In this document: one piece after another, positions 18,290-26,757 of the stretch | Position numbering within the stretch: position 1 is the first letter of the stretch | Layout: every line of letters starts with the position of its first letter | DNA from: a virus | Taxonomy: Duplodnaviria > Heunggongvirae > Uroviricota > Caudoviricetes | DNA length: 64,000 nt | Strand: one strand, 5' to 3' | IMG/VR virus record: IMGVR_UViG_3300033121_001869 | Span: 109,076 to 173,075 of that record | Program-made: the position numbers and the translations under genes | Notes under the pieces: model-generated | What the model was told of the DNA's origin: nothing | Seen by the model: the letters and a program-made list of their open reading frames with translations, nothing else | Database searches by the model: none

Positions 18290-19583
18290 TATTGAATCAT
18301 TAGCTCGAAAAGCTATTAATGAATTAAAATTATATAACTTACCAAAAAGGGGATTTTTGGCAGGAGGGAGTTTGGCAAATTTAGTGTGGGAATTTGCATC
18401 AGGAAATAAAGCCGTTATTAATGATATTGATATTTTTCAATTTGAAAGTATAATTGAAAAGAACGAAGTTAAAAATGATTGGTATGATAATAAAAAACTC
18501 TACTACCTCAAAAAGGAAATAAAATATTATGAAGATGATTATTCCGGATTTTCACATACATCCAATAATAAAGAATTTTACATAATAAATGATACTGAAA
18601 ATGAAGGAATATTTAATTATATAAACTATTCAGCTAATAGCACTGATCCTCAATTAATTATAAACTCATTTGATATAAATTGTACTCAAATTGGATATCT
18701 AATTGAAGAAGATAAATTCTACTACACCAAAGGATTTGAAGACTTTATTAATACTGGTGAATTAAAACTCACAAATATACTAAGTCCAGCCCACTCTGCC
18801 ATAAGACTTTTTAAAAAGAGTGATGAATTAAATGCAGCTCTAGATGAATTGGAAATTAAAATGTGCCAATATGTTCTTCATCGAAATATGACAGATATAA
18901 ATAGAAAGTGTTTCTCAGATAAGTATGCAAAAACATATAAAAAGTATGAGGATAAATTAAATAAATATTTCAAATTAGTTCTAAGTGAACAATTAACAAA
19001 GTTCTTTCAAGAAGAAAAAGGAGTTAATATAAAAATATATCATCTAGATTTTCCACAGGAAGAAAAAATTGAAATAAACCCATGTGATGAATTATTAATG
19101 AGTATTAGCTCAATTAATCACATCAAAATCTTTGATGATGATAATTTAAATAAAGTTTACAGAAGTGAAGATTTAATATTTTATATTCGTAGTATAAAAA
19201 ATTCCAATTCATTAGAACTTTGGAACAAACTACATTTAATTTTCAATAGAGAAGATTACTCAGATAATACCGAAGATCCTAATGATATTGAATTATTAAT
19301 GAGATTAATAACATATGCTCCCGAAACTATCAATAATTTCAAGTATTTAAAATTATCTGAGCAAATAAAAATAATGAAAACATTATTCAAAAAGTTTGAT
19401 TATGATCCTATCATAGCAATATCTGTTATGGAAAAAATAAAATTAGATCCTGAAACTGACTTAGATGAAGATGATTTATTATTATTGGAACTATCTGTTC
19501 GAAGACAAATAATAAATGATACAAATAATAAAGTAAATAAAGTATTATATGGAGAACCAGCAATTGTCACCAGATATTTTTAA
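18282..19583 (+). CDS. pol-beta-type nucleotidyltransferase, class II CCA-adding enzyme/poly(A) polymerase-like head domain (putative)
   Basis: GFLAGGSLANLV...NDIDIF matches GGxVRD...DxD motif A. NSFDINCTQIG resembles motif B (RDFTINA). GFEDFINTGELKL resembles motif C. SPAHSAIRLFKK resembles the EDPLRxLRAxRF motif D. Confidence 0.45.
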   Translation: MHNIESLARKAINELKLYNLPKRGFLAGGSLANLVWEFASGNKAVINDIDIFQFESIIEKNEVKNDWYDNKKLYYLKKEIKYYEDDYSGFSHTSNNKEFYIINDTENEGIFNYINYSANSTDPQLIINSFDINCTQIGYLIEEDKFYYTKGFEDFINTGELKLTNILSPAHSAIRLFKKSDELNAALDELEIKMCQYVLHRNMTDINRKCFSDKYAKTYKKYEDKLNKYFKLVLSEQLTKFFQEEKGVNIKIYHLDFPQEEKIEINPCDELLMSISSINHIKIFDDDNLNKVYRSEDLIFYIRSIKNSNSLELWNKLHLIFNREDYSDNTEDPNDIELLMRLITYAPETINNFKYLKLSEQIKIMKTLFKKFDYDPIIAISVMEKIKLDPETDLDEDDLLLLELSVRRQIINDTNNKVNKVLYGEPAIVTRYF

Positions 19584-19610
19584 TATATAATTAATAAAAA
19601 ATTAATAAAA

Positions 19611-20162
19611 ATGCAGGAAATATTAGATAAATGGGGAATTAAAGTAGATTATAATTTACTTTTAACAATGTGGAATGAATCTCAAAGATCTTATCACACA
19701 CAAAATCATTTATTAGATTTGATTGATCAGATCAATGAATATAAAGATAATCTAAGTCAGAAGGAATATGATAAATTAGTGCTTTGTGCTTTATTTCATG
19801 ATATAGTTTATGATCCAAAAAAACAAAACAACGAAGAAATGTCTGCTGATTTTTTCATAAACTCTTGCACTGATAAAAATAATCCAGATATTTTAGAAGT
19901 AAAGCAAATGATATTGGACACTAAAAACCATATTCCAAATACTCCGTTATCAGAAATATTTAATTCTTTTGATATGAAAATAGTTGAAAGAGATTATGAT
20001 AAGCTATTAGAATGGGAGCAAGGAATTTATAACGAGTTTGCATCCTATGGGGATTTATATAAAAAAGGCAGAATTGCATTTTTAGAAAAAATGTTGGATA
20101 AATATCCACACAATACACACAATCTACTAAAACTTATTGATTATGTAAAATCAAATTACTAA
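19611..20162 (+). CDS. HD-domain metal-dependent phosphohydrolase
   Basis: H...HD signature (HTQNHLLDL ... ALFHDIVYD), lying directly downstream of the NTase gene. Confidence 0.55.
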   Translation: MQEILDKWGIKVDYNLLLTMWNESQRSYHTQNHLLDLIDQINEYKDNLSQKEYDKLVLCALFHDIVYDPKKQNNEEMSADFFINSCTDKNNPDILEVKQMILDTKNHIPNTPLSEIFNSFDMKIVERDYDKLLEWEQGIYNEFASYGDLYKKGRIAFLEKMLDKYPHNTHNLLKLIDYVKSNY

Positions 20163-20211
20163 GTTAAATAACAGACCAAAAGATGATCCGAATAGATGGA
20201 ATTTTGGAGAA

Positions 20212-20682
20212 ATGCAAGAGTATGGCGTCTTATATGCCAGAGTTTGTTTTCCCAAAGATCATCGATTGAACTGGTTATCATACTGCAATTTATTTAATCT
20301 TTTACCAAAGGATTTGAAAGATGAAGTCATTAGATTAGCGGATCATATAAATCAAAAATATAAAGATGTTATAGTTGTCCCGATGGATAAGTCGATTATA
20401 CCAGGATGTGTAACAAAACCAGAGGCAATTGAGGAAATTGCTAAGGAAATATATGATGGAATGAATGAAATATTCAATAAACTAATCGGTGAAACCAATG
20501 TTATTAGATTAGTATATGGTATTGGAGAAATGAATAAAGAGTGGATAGAAAAAGAAACAACCACAACTCATGAAATAGGAAATTTTCCTATAATGGTTAA
20601 ATTAGGACATTTTCTTGATTATGGTGAAGCTGGCAAGAAATCTGGTATTATTTGCTATGATGTTGGGTTATATAAGGTCTAA
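20212..20682 (+). CDS. hypothetical protein
   Basis: ORF of 156 aa. Confidence 0.45.
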   Translation: MQEYGVLYARVCFPKDHRLNWLSYCNLFNLLPKDLKDEVIRLADHINQKYKDVIVVPMDKSIIPGCVTKPEAIEEIAKEIYDGMNEIFNKLIGETNVIRLVYGIGEMNKEWIEKETTTTHEIGNFPIMVKLGHFLDYGEAGKKSGIICYDVGLYKV

Positions 20683-20936
20683 ACCTTAGATATTTCATCA
20701 GCTTTTAATTTTTGTAATCCGCCTGATATTTTACAAACAAAAATAGCATTACCATCATCATCCTTCCAAATATGGTGAATTTTACCTACGATTTTAGATT
20801 CATCATTTTTTCTTATAATATTATCATCCTCTTTAAATCCACCAAAATTACTAACCATAGTTTTTCCTTGGAAATCCGGATCATCGTAATAACCCTCATT
20901 TAATGAGAATGAATTAAAATATTTCAAATGTTTCAT
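20679..20936 (-). CDS. hypothetical protein
   Basis: ORF of 85 aa. Confidence 0.4.
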   Translation of the reverse strand: MKHLKYFNSFSLNEGYYDDPDFQGKTMVSNFGGFKEDDNIIRKNDESKIVGKIHHIWKDDDGNAIFVCKISGGLQKLKADEISKV

Positions 20937-20946
20937 AAATTATATA

Positions 20947-21663
20947 TTAAGATTTTATAATCAGAAATTCCGTACCCATAACTTGTTTCTTGGAAACTAT
21001 TTTATGATCTTTATACCACTCTTTCATTTCTGGAAAATTATAAGAACTTAATATCCAATTAGATTTAACAGAAGATAAAAAATTAAAGAGCTCAAAATGT
21101 GAATCATCATCAAAATTATGAAATGTGTAATATTTTGAATAGCCTTTATAGGGCGGATCCAAATATATGAAAGTATCCGAGTCAGTATCATACTTTTGAA
21201 TTATTTTTTTATAATCCACATTATGGATTTCTAATCTATCAAAATATTCTTTATACCTTTTTATTTTATATTTAAAAATCTCAAAATTGGAACTACCGAT
21301 ATACTCACGACTCATTAGATCCTTCATATTAGAAGAACATAAAATTATTAACCAAGCTAGAGCTCTATCACTTTTAAATCTGGAATTAATATCCTCAAAA
21401 GACTTATTAAAAGTATCCTCATTTAGTGTTGTTGAATCCAACCTATTGATAAATTTCTGTGATTTTAATTGTTCAAAAAGATTTGAATTCAATGGGTTAA
21501 TATCATTATAAATAAATTTAGTATCTGGGTATTCCTTTAGATTCAAAGAAAAGTATAATCCCATCATACCACCAAATGGTTCTATCCAATATTTTGGATT
21601 TTTTGGGCAAAATGGCAAAATAAAATCTGATAACTCCAATTTATTTCCAATATATCGAATCAT
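20947..21663 (-). CDS. N6-adenine DNA methyltransferase, D12 class (Dam-like)
   Basis: N-terminal YIGNK...EPFGG (motif I) and DPPY (IYLDPPYKGY, motif IV). Confidence 0.8.
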   Translation of the reverse strand: MIRYIGNKLELSDFILPFCPKNPKYWIEPFGGMMGLYFSLNLKEYPDTKFIYNDINPLNSNLFEQLKSQKFINRLDSTTLNEDTFNKSFEDINSRFKSDRALAWLIILCSSNMKDLMSREYIGSSNFEIFKYKIKRYKEYFDRLEIHNVDYKKIIQKYDTDSDTFIYLDPPYKGYSKYYTFHNFDDDSHFELFNFLSSVKSNWILSSYNFPEMKEWYKDHKIVSKKQVMGTEFLIIKS

Positions 21664-21884
21664 TGTAGTAATTCCATTAATTTTTTATCTCTTTCATCAG
21701 AAAGATAAGAAGAATAAAGTTTCTCTATAATATGAGTACCAGCAATTATAAAATTGATATCAGAATCAGATTTACGTCCCTTAAGAATAGTGTTATCTAC
21801 AATCGACACATCCTCATATAATGTTATAACCACTCCATTATAATTCCAATCAAATATCTTTTTTATCATCGAGAATATCTTCAA
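21660..21884 (-). CDS. hypothetical protein
   Basis: ORF of 74 aa. Confidence 0.3.
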   Translation of the reverse strand: MKIFSMIKKIFDWNYNGVVITLYEDVSIVDNTILKGRKSDSDINFIIAGTHIIEKLYSSYLSDERDKKLMELLQ

Positions 21885-22080
21885 TTTTTAGATTTCTATT
21901 GTGTGGTAAATAATGTTTTTGAATTATATCTGAAAATTCGATTTTCATTTTTTTTCTATTTTGAGGAGTATCAAGCTCAAATACCCACTTCTCACCTATC
22001 TTATTTAATTTTTCTACTAATTCCTTATCATCTTTATTAAAAGACGGGAAGTCACTTTCATCTAGCCAAATAGATTGCAT
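21850..22080 (-). CDS. hypothetical protein
   Basis: ORF of 76 aa. Confidence 0.3.
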   Translation of the reverse strand: MQSIWLDESDFPSFNKDDKELVEKLNKIGEKWVFELDTPQNRKKMKIEFSDIIQKHYLPHNRNLKIEDILDDKKDI

Positions 22081-22140
22081 TATTTAAATTCTTTTTTATT
22101 ATTTCTGTATTTAATATATATTAAAAATATAGAAAAGATT

Positions 22141-22884
22141 ATGAAAAAATGCAAAAAATGCAATTTTGAAAAAAATGAAAAGGAATTCAGTAAAAATATA
22201 AAATATAAAGATGGATTACAATCTCATTGTAAAGATTGCTTCAAAGATTATTATAAAAATAATAAACACATCATTAAAAAAAACCACAACAATAGACGTG
22301 ATGAAATTAACAAGTATAATAAACATTATAAAAAATTAAATAAAAATAAAATAATAGAATATAATAATGTGTATCGAGATATAAATAAAGATAAAATCAA
22401 AGAAACTCGGAAAAACAATTACGATAAGAATAAAGAGGAAATACTAAAATATCAAAAAGAATATAGATCCAAAAATCCAATTAATAGAGAAATTATTAAA
22501 AAAAGATTCAATGAAAAGTATAATAATGATGAATTATTTAGACTTAGATATAGTATATCAACATTGATTAGAAAATCAATAAAAAAAGGAGGGTATTTAA
22601 AAAAATCAAAAACAATGGATATTTTAGGATGTTCGTTTAATGAATTATTAGATCATCTTAATAACAATTCATATGGATTTACATATAGTAACTCTTATGA
22701 CATTGACCATATAATACCTCTATGTACTGCAAAAAATGAAGAAGATATAATTAAATTAAACCACTATTCAAATTTACAATTATTACCATCAGAATATAAT
22801 AGAAAAATAAAAAGGTCAAACAGTTGGGATCCTCTCAATTTTGAAAACTATTTTGAAAATTCTTTTTTATCGCTTGAAATATAA
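22141..22884 (+). CDS. HNH homing endonuclease (free-standing)
   Basis: N-terminal CKKC...HCKDC zinc motif and C-terminal DIDHIIP...N...N..LL..N HNH_3-type motif. The ATG at 22141 is preferred over the upstream start. Confidence 0.6.
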   Translation: MKKCKKCNFEKNEKEFSKNIKYKDGLQSHCKDCFKDYYKNNKHIIKKNHNNRRDEINKYNKHYKKLNKNKIIEYNNVYRDINKDKIKETRKNNYDKNKEEILKYQKEYRSKNPINREIIKKRFNEKYNNDELFRLRYSISTLIRKSIKKGGYLKKSKTMDILGCSFNELLDHLNNNSYGFTYSNSYDIDHIIPLCTAKNEEDIIKLNHYSNLQLLPSEYNRKIKRSNSWDPLNFENYFENSFLSLEI

Positions 22885-23957
22885 AACTTGGAAAAATCAT
22901 AATTTTTTTCAAAAACATCTTTTATATCTTTTAACTTAATAGTGTCTAAAATATCATAAACGGACCATCCATCTGGAACAAGATACTTTCCAATACTACC
23001 ATATCTTAAAATTTCTTCCTTGTCTCGACGAGCCATATAATAATCTTTAACTAGATTAAATCTATCCTTATTTAGAAATTTATCTTTGTTTTTAAAAACC
23101 TTCTCAACAGCATCAATGACAGCATTAACATTTTTATTAGAAGTTTGTGTTGAAATATTTGTAATTCCTTGCAAATTATGTCTTGATTGATAGCAATGTA
23201 TAAAATATACTAATCCCTTTTCTTCTCTAACTTCTTGGTAAAGAGGAGATTTTAGTCCAAGTGATATCATTGAATTCAAAAAGTGTATTTTATTATTATC
23301 CTCATTCAAAACCGGACTTAACATGATTAAAGATGTCTTATCTTTAAATTGATTTCCGAGTTCAAAAGGAACATTATGATTTGAATATTCAATTGTCTTA
23401 TTTATTTTTCTATCAGAGAAGTCAATATCTAAATTTTTTAATTTTTTTGTTTTTGAAACATTAATGATCTTGGTTGGATTCATGTATTGAGTTTCAAAGA
23501 AATTCAAACAATCCATAAATTTTAAATTTTCCAAATCCTCTCTTAGACCAATAGGATCAAAATCATTAAATAATTTTCTATATAAATTTAGATAATGTGA
23601 TGAAGATTGTTCATTAAAACAATCTTCGTATTCAGATAAGACGATATTTCTTTCATTTTCAAATTGTTCCTTGGTAATATCAAAATTAGAAACTGCTTTT
23701 AAAATTTTATTTCGATACTTATCCAATTTTGATTCCAAACCAGTAAAATGGAAAATAATCTCATTAGTACTTGTACTTGCATTCCAGTCAATGCCATCTC
23801 TATCAAAATCCTCCAATAGGTGGAAAAATGTCTTGCACAAAAGGTGTTCCATGAGGTGAGACAAACCATACCATCCTGGTTTTTCTAAATTTGTTGAACC
23901 CTCATAAACTATATAAAATCCTGAAAGATCATTCTGACTTTTTAAATTAATTATCAT
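22848..23957 (-). CDS. M16 (pitrilysin/insulinase) family zinc peptidase-like protein
   Basis: Inverted zinc-binding motif HxxEH (SHLMEHLL) near the N-terminus. ATG at 23957 (MIINLK). The tracked start at 23966 is a TTG. Confidence 0.6.
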   Translation of the reverse strand: MIINLKSQNDLSGFYIVYEGSTNLEKPGWYGLSHLMEHLLCKTFFHLLEDFDRDGIDWNASTSTNEIIFHFTGLESKLDKYRNKILKAVSNFDITKEQFENERNIVLSEYEDCFNEQSSSHYLNLYRKLFNDFDPIGLREDLENLKFMDCLNFFETQYMNPTKIINVSKTKKLKNLDIDFSDRKINKTIEYSNHNVPFELGNQFKDKTSLIMLSPVLNEDNNKIHFLNSMISLGLKSPLYQEVREEKGLVYFIHCYQSRHNLQGITNISTQTSNKNVNAVIDAVEKVFKNKDKFLNKDRFNLVKDYYMARRDKEEILRYGSIGKYLVPDGWSVYDILDTIKLKDIKDVFEKNYDFSKFYISSDKKEFSK

Positions 23958-24114
23958 TTTCTTCAATATATTTTTTTATCAAGTATTCCAATAATCTTGA
24001 CTTTTTGTAAAATTTTTTAGATATCGCAATCTCTTGTAATTTTTTATTAAGATATGGATCAATACTTATTGATATTTTAATACGTTTATCCTCCTCTGGT
24101 ATCTTATTATTCAT
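23947..24114 (-). CDS. small ribbon-helix-helix (CopG-like) DNA-binding protein (putative)
   Basis: A 55-aa ORF (MNNKIPEEDKRIKISISIDPYLNKKLQEIAISKK...) with a beta-strand then two-helix pattern, placed directly upstream of the M16 peptidase gene. Confidence 0.3.
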   Translation of the reverse strand: MNNKIPEEDKRIKISISIDPYLNKKLQEIAISKKFYKKSRLLEYLIKKYIEENDN

Positions 24115-24187
24115 ATTTATTATATCAAATAATAAAAAAAAGTTAAAAAGGTATAGAGGAAAGTGGTATATTTTAATATATAAATTA

Positions 24188-25006
24188 ATGATATTAGAAA
24201 AAGAGGTAGAAATAAGAAATAACCCGAAAATTAAATCATTCTATAAAAACATAGGATTGGATGTAAGTGGTAAATACATAAAAGTCCCATTAGAATTATT
24301 ATCCAAAACATCTAAAGTAAAAATAACCGCTATTTGTGATGTGTGTACTTCAAAAGTAAGCATGTGTTACTATACATATATAATCCAGACAAAATATGAT
24401 GGACTAAAATATTGCGAAAAATGCTCCACGATTAAAAGAAAAAAAACTATAAAAGAAAAATACGGAGTTGAAAGTTATACTCAAACTCAAGAATTTAAAG
24501 AAAAAACTAAAATATCTTGTCTAAATCACTATGGGACGGAATTCTACCAATCATCAAATGATTACAAATCGAAAATTATTAAAACTTGCATTGAAAAATA
24601 TGGAGTTACCAATTATGCAATCACCGATGAGTGTAAATTAAAAATGGAAAAAACCAGAATTAAAAATGGAAATCAATTAATAAGTAGAAATAAAAAAGAC
24701 TATGAAATTTATCGGGATAAAGTTAGATTATTGACTAAAAAAATAAAAAATGAATTATTTGAGAAGTGGAATGGACATGATTTTTATGATGATGAATATA
24801 TTAAAGAAAATTTAAAAATTTATCATTTTAATTCAGAATTTTATCCAACAATTGATCATAAAATAAGTATTTATTATGGATATCAAAACAACATACCACT
24901 AGAAGAAATTGCAAATATTCAAAATTTATGTATAACTAAAAGAATTTTAAATAGTATTAAAAGAAAAGATTCATATTTTGACTCATACAATAAAATAAGA
25001 AATTAA
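24188..25006 (+). CDS. HNH-type homing endonuclease with duplicated KYGV(x)NY(T/A)QT..EFKEKTK DNA-binding repeats
   Basis: Two KYGVESYTQTQEFKEKTKIS / KYGVTNYAITDECKLKMEKTRI units. C-terminal TIDHKISIYYGY...IANIQNLC HNH-like motif. Confidence 0.55.
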   Translation: MILEKEVEIRNNPKIKSFYKNIGLDVSGKYIKVPLELLSKTSKVKITAICDVCTSKVSMCYYTYIIQTKYDGLKYCEKCSTIKRKKTIKEKYGVESYTQTQEFKEKTKISCLNHYGTEFYQSSNDYKSKIIKTCIEKYGVTNYAITDECKLKMEKTRIKNGNQLISRNKKDYEIYRDKVRLLTKKIKNELFEKWNGHDFYDDEYIKENLKIYHFNSEFYPTIDHKISIYYGYQNNIPLEEIANIQNLCITKRILNSIKRKDSYFDSYNKIRN

Positions 25007-25890
25007 TTCGATGAGATATTGTTTATATGAATATAAAGATACTCGCCGGTATCTTTTAATTGTAAATTATAAAAATTAGAAGTTTGCAATACAAAATCCA
25101 CTAATGTTTTTGTACCTATATCACTATTTAAAAAATTATTTAATTCATCCACAATGCTTTCATAGTAAACAAAACATCCATCATCATCATTAATAACATA
25201 TTTATCAATTACAGAGGGTAAAAACTGAGCATAATTAGATCCCAATTTATTATGATTTATATAATATGAAATATTTTCAATTAATTGATTTTTAATGTAT
25301 TCAGCGATTTTTGATCCGACCATTTCAATAAATTTCTCAGGAGTTAAATTAATTGTTTTTAGTAATAATTGGCCATATAGTGTATTATGATATCCATAAG
25401 AATATTTAATTATCCACTCTTCGGGACTATCATTTAGAGCTGATACCCAACCCTCACCACCAAGTGAACATGAATAATTTAAATTTAATTTATCATTTAA
25501 ATAATATAAATAAGTATCAACATACCCATTAACATCATTTAGATGAAATTCATCAATAAACATTTTGAAATCTTGTGAAATCAATTTAGATACTTTACTA
25601 TCAAAAAGTTTTTTTATTATATCCAATGTGTAACCAGTTACATCTAGTATCTTTTGCATATCAGAGAAATCCTCCTCTGGGTCTGAATCACCACTAGCTA
25701 AATTTGAAAAATATGATTCATAGTAGGATGATAATGATTTTATCTTTTTTGCTAAATCACTTCTGTGTCTTTTAAAATATGAAATTGTTAAAGAAACTTC
25801 ACCATCTGATAAGTTATCTATTTTATCCCAATTAGATAAAAATTTATTATCGAGCTTCTCATTTAGAAATTGAGAATATTTTTTTATCAT
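25003..25890 (-). CDS. hypothetical protein
   Basis: ORF of 295 aa. Confidence 0.5.
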   Translation of the reverse strand: MIKKYSQFLNEKLDNKFLSNWDKIDNLSDGEVSLTISYFKRHRSDLAKKIKSLSSYYESYFSNLASGDSDPEEDFSDMQKILDVTGYTLDIIKKLFDSKVSKLISQDFKMFIDEFHLNDVNGYVDTYLYYLNDKLNLNYSCSLGGEGWVSALNDSPEEWIIKYSYGYHNTLYGQLLLKTINLTPEKFIEMVGSKIAEYIKNQLIENISYYINHNKLGSNYAQFLPSVIDKYVINDDDGCFVYYESIVDELNNFLNSDIGTKTLVDFVLQTSNFYNLQLKDTGEYLYIHINNISSN

Positions 25891-26723
25891 GCTTTTCCAT
25901 ACTTTTTATAAATAGACATAAAAGATTCGAATTTCTTAACAACAGATCCCTGTCCATCTTTCTTATTCCAAACTTTATTTAAAAAAAGTAGTTTATTTTT
26001 ATCAATTTTACAATTTCTGTTAGAGATATTACCTTTATTAAAAAATCCTATCATTTCCTCCATACTCATAGTAGGATGATGTTTATCAAAATTAGGATCT
26101 GGATGTGACCACCCAAACTTAAATAACCAATTTAATAAAGCCTTTTTATTAAAATCCTTATAGTCCTCGGTTGTTCCATTTCCACTTCTTTTGGAAAGTT
26201 TTTTATTTCCCTCAAATAATAAACCAGCGTGTATTACCTCTGGAAACTTTTTCTCTCCCTCAACCTTACATATTTCCTCCCATACCTTTTCTTGCTTTGG
26301 CAAATTACTAATATGGTCAACTCCTCTTATTATATGTGTTATGTCATAATCATAGTCATCCAAAGTTGAGCAAAAGTTATAAGTTGGAAATCCATTTTTT
26401 CTAAGAATTACCATTTTATAAGATCCCATATCTAACTCTAATCCATTCTCACCTTCAATTCCTATTTTTTCAGCAACTTCTTTATATCTATCCAATCTTT
26501 CAGATTCACGGAAAGTTATATCATAATCCAATCCAAATTCATTCATTTGATCATAGATATAATCTATATACTCTTGTTTATTTCTTTCTTGATCCGTATC
26601 ATCAATACGAAGTATAAATTTACCATTATTAGCTCGAGCCATTAAATAATTTAATAAAGCCGTTCTTAATGTGCCTAAATGAAAAATCCCCGTTGGTGAA
26701 GGAGCCACTCTAGTAACTATCAT
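25887..26723 (-). CDS. truncated class I glutamyl-tRNA synthetase core (GluQ-RS/YadB-like, no anticodon-binding domain)
   Basis: VAPSPTGIFHLGTLRTALLNYL...FILRIDDTDQER carries the HIGH motif. KLSKRSG is the KMSKS motif. GFPTYNFCSTLDD is conserved. The protein ends where the catalytic domain ends, at about 278 aa. Confidence 0.7.
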   Translation of the reverse strand: MIVTRVAPSPTGIFHLGTLRTALLNYLMARANNGKFILRIDDTDQERNKQEYIDYIYDQMNEFGLDYDITFRESERLDRYKEVAEKIGIEGENGLELDMGSYKMVILRKNGFPTYNFCSTLDDYDYDITHIIRGVDHISNLPKQEKVWEEICKVEGEKKFPEVIHAGLLFEGNKKLSKRSGNGTTEDYKDFNKKALLNWLFKFGWSHPDPNFDKHHPTMSMEEMIGFFNKGNISNRNCKIDKNKLLFLNKVWNKKDGQGSVVKKFESFMSIYKKYGKA

Positions 26724-26757
26724 GTGTTTAGTTTTTTTATTATATATTAAATTTTAA

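Noticed and set aside
18282-19583. Interpreting the NTase as a CBASS CD-NTase or MNT toxin-antitoxin component
   Set aside because: Downstream motifs (FDINCTQ, GFEDFINTGELKL, SPAHSAIRLFKK) fit class II tRNA-NTase motifs B-D better. There are no obvious effector or HEPN partners. This is retained only as an alternative to be excluded by profile search.
25906-25913. T4-type late promoter TATAAATA
   Set aside because: The only clear copy lies on the non-coding strand relative to the adjacent minus-strand genes, so it is not positioned to drive any ORF. It is probably chance in AT-rich DNA.
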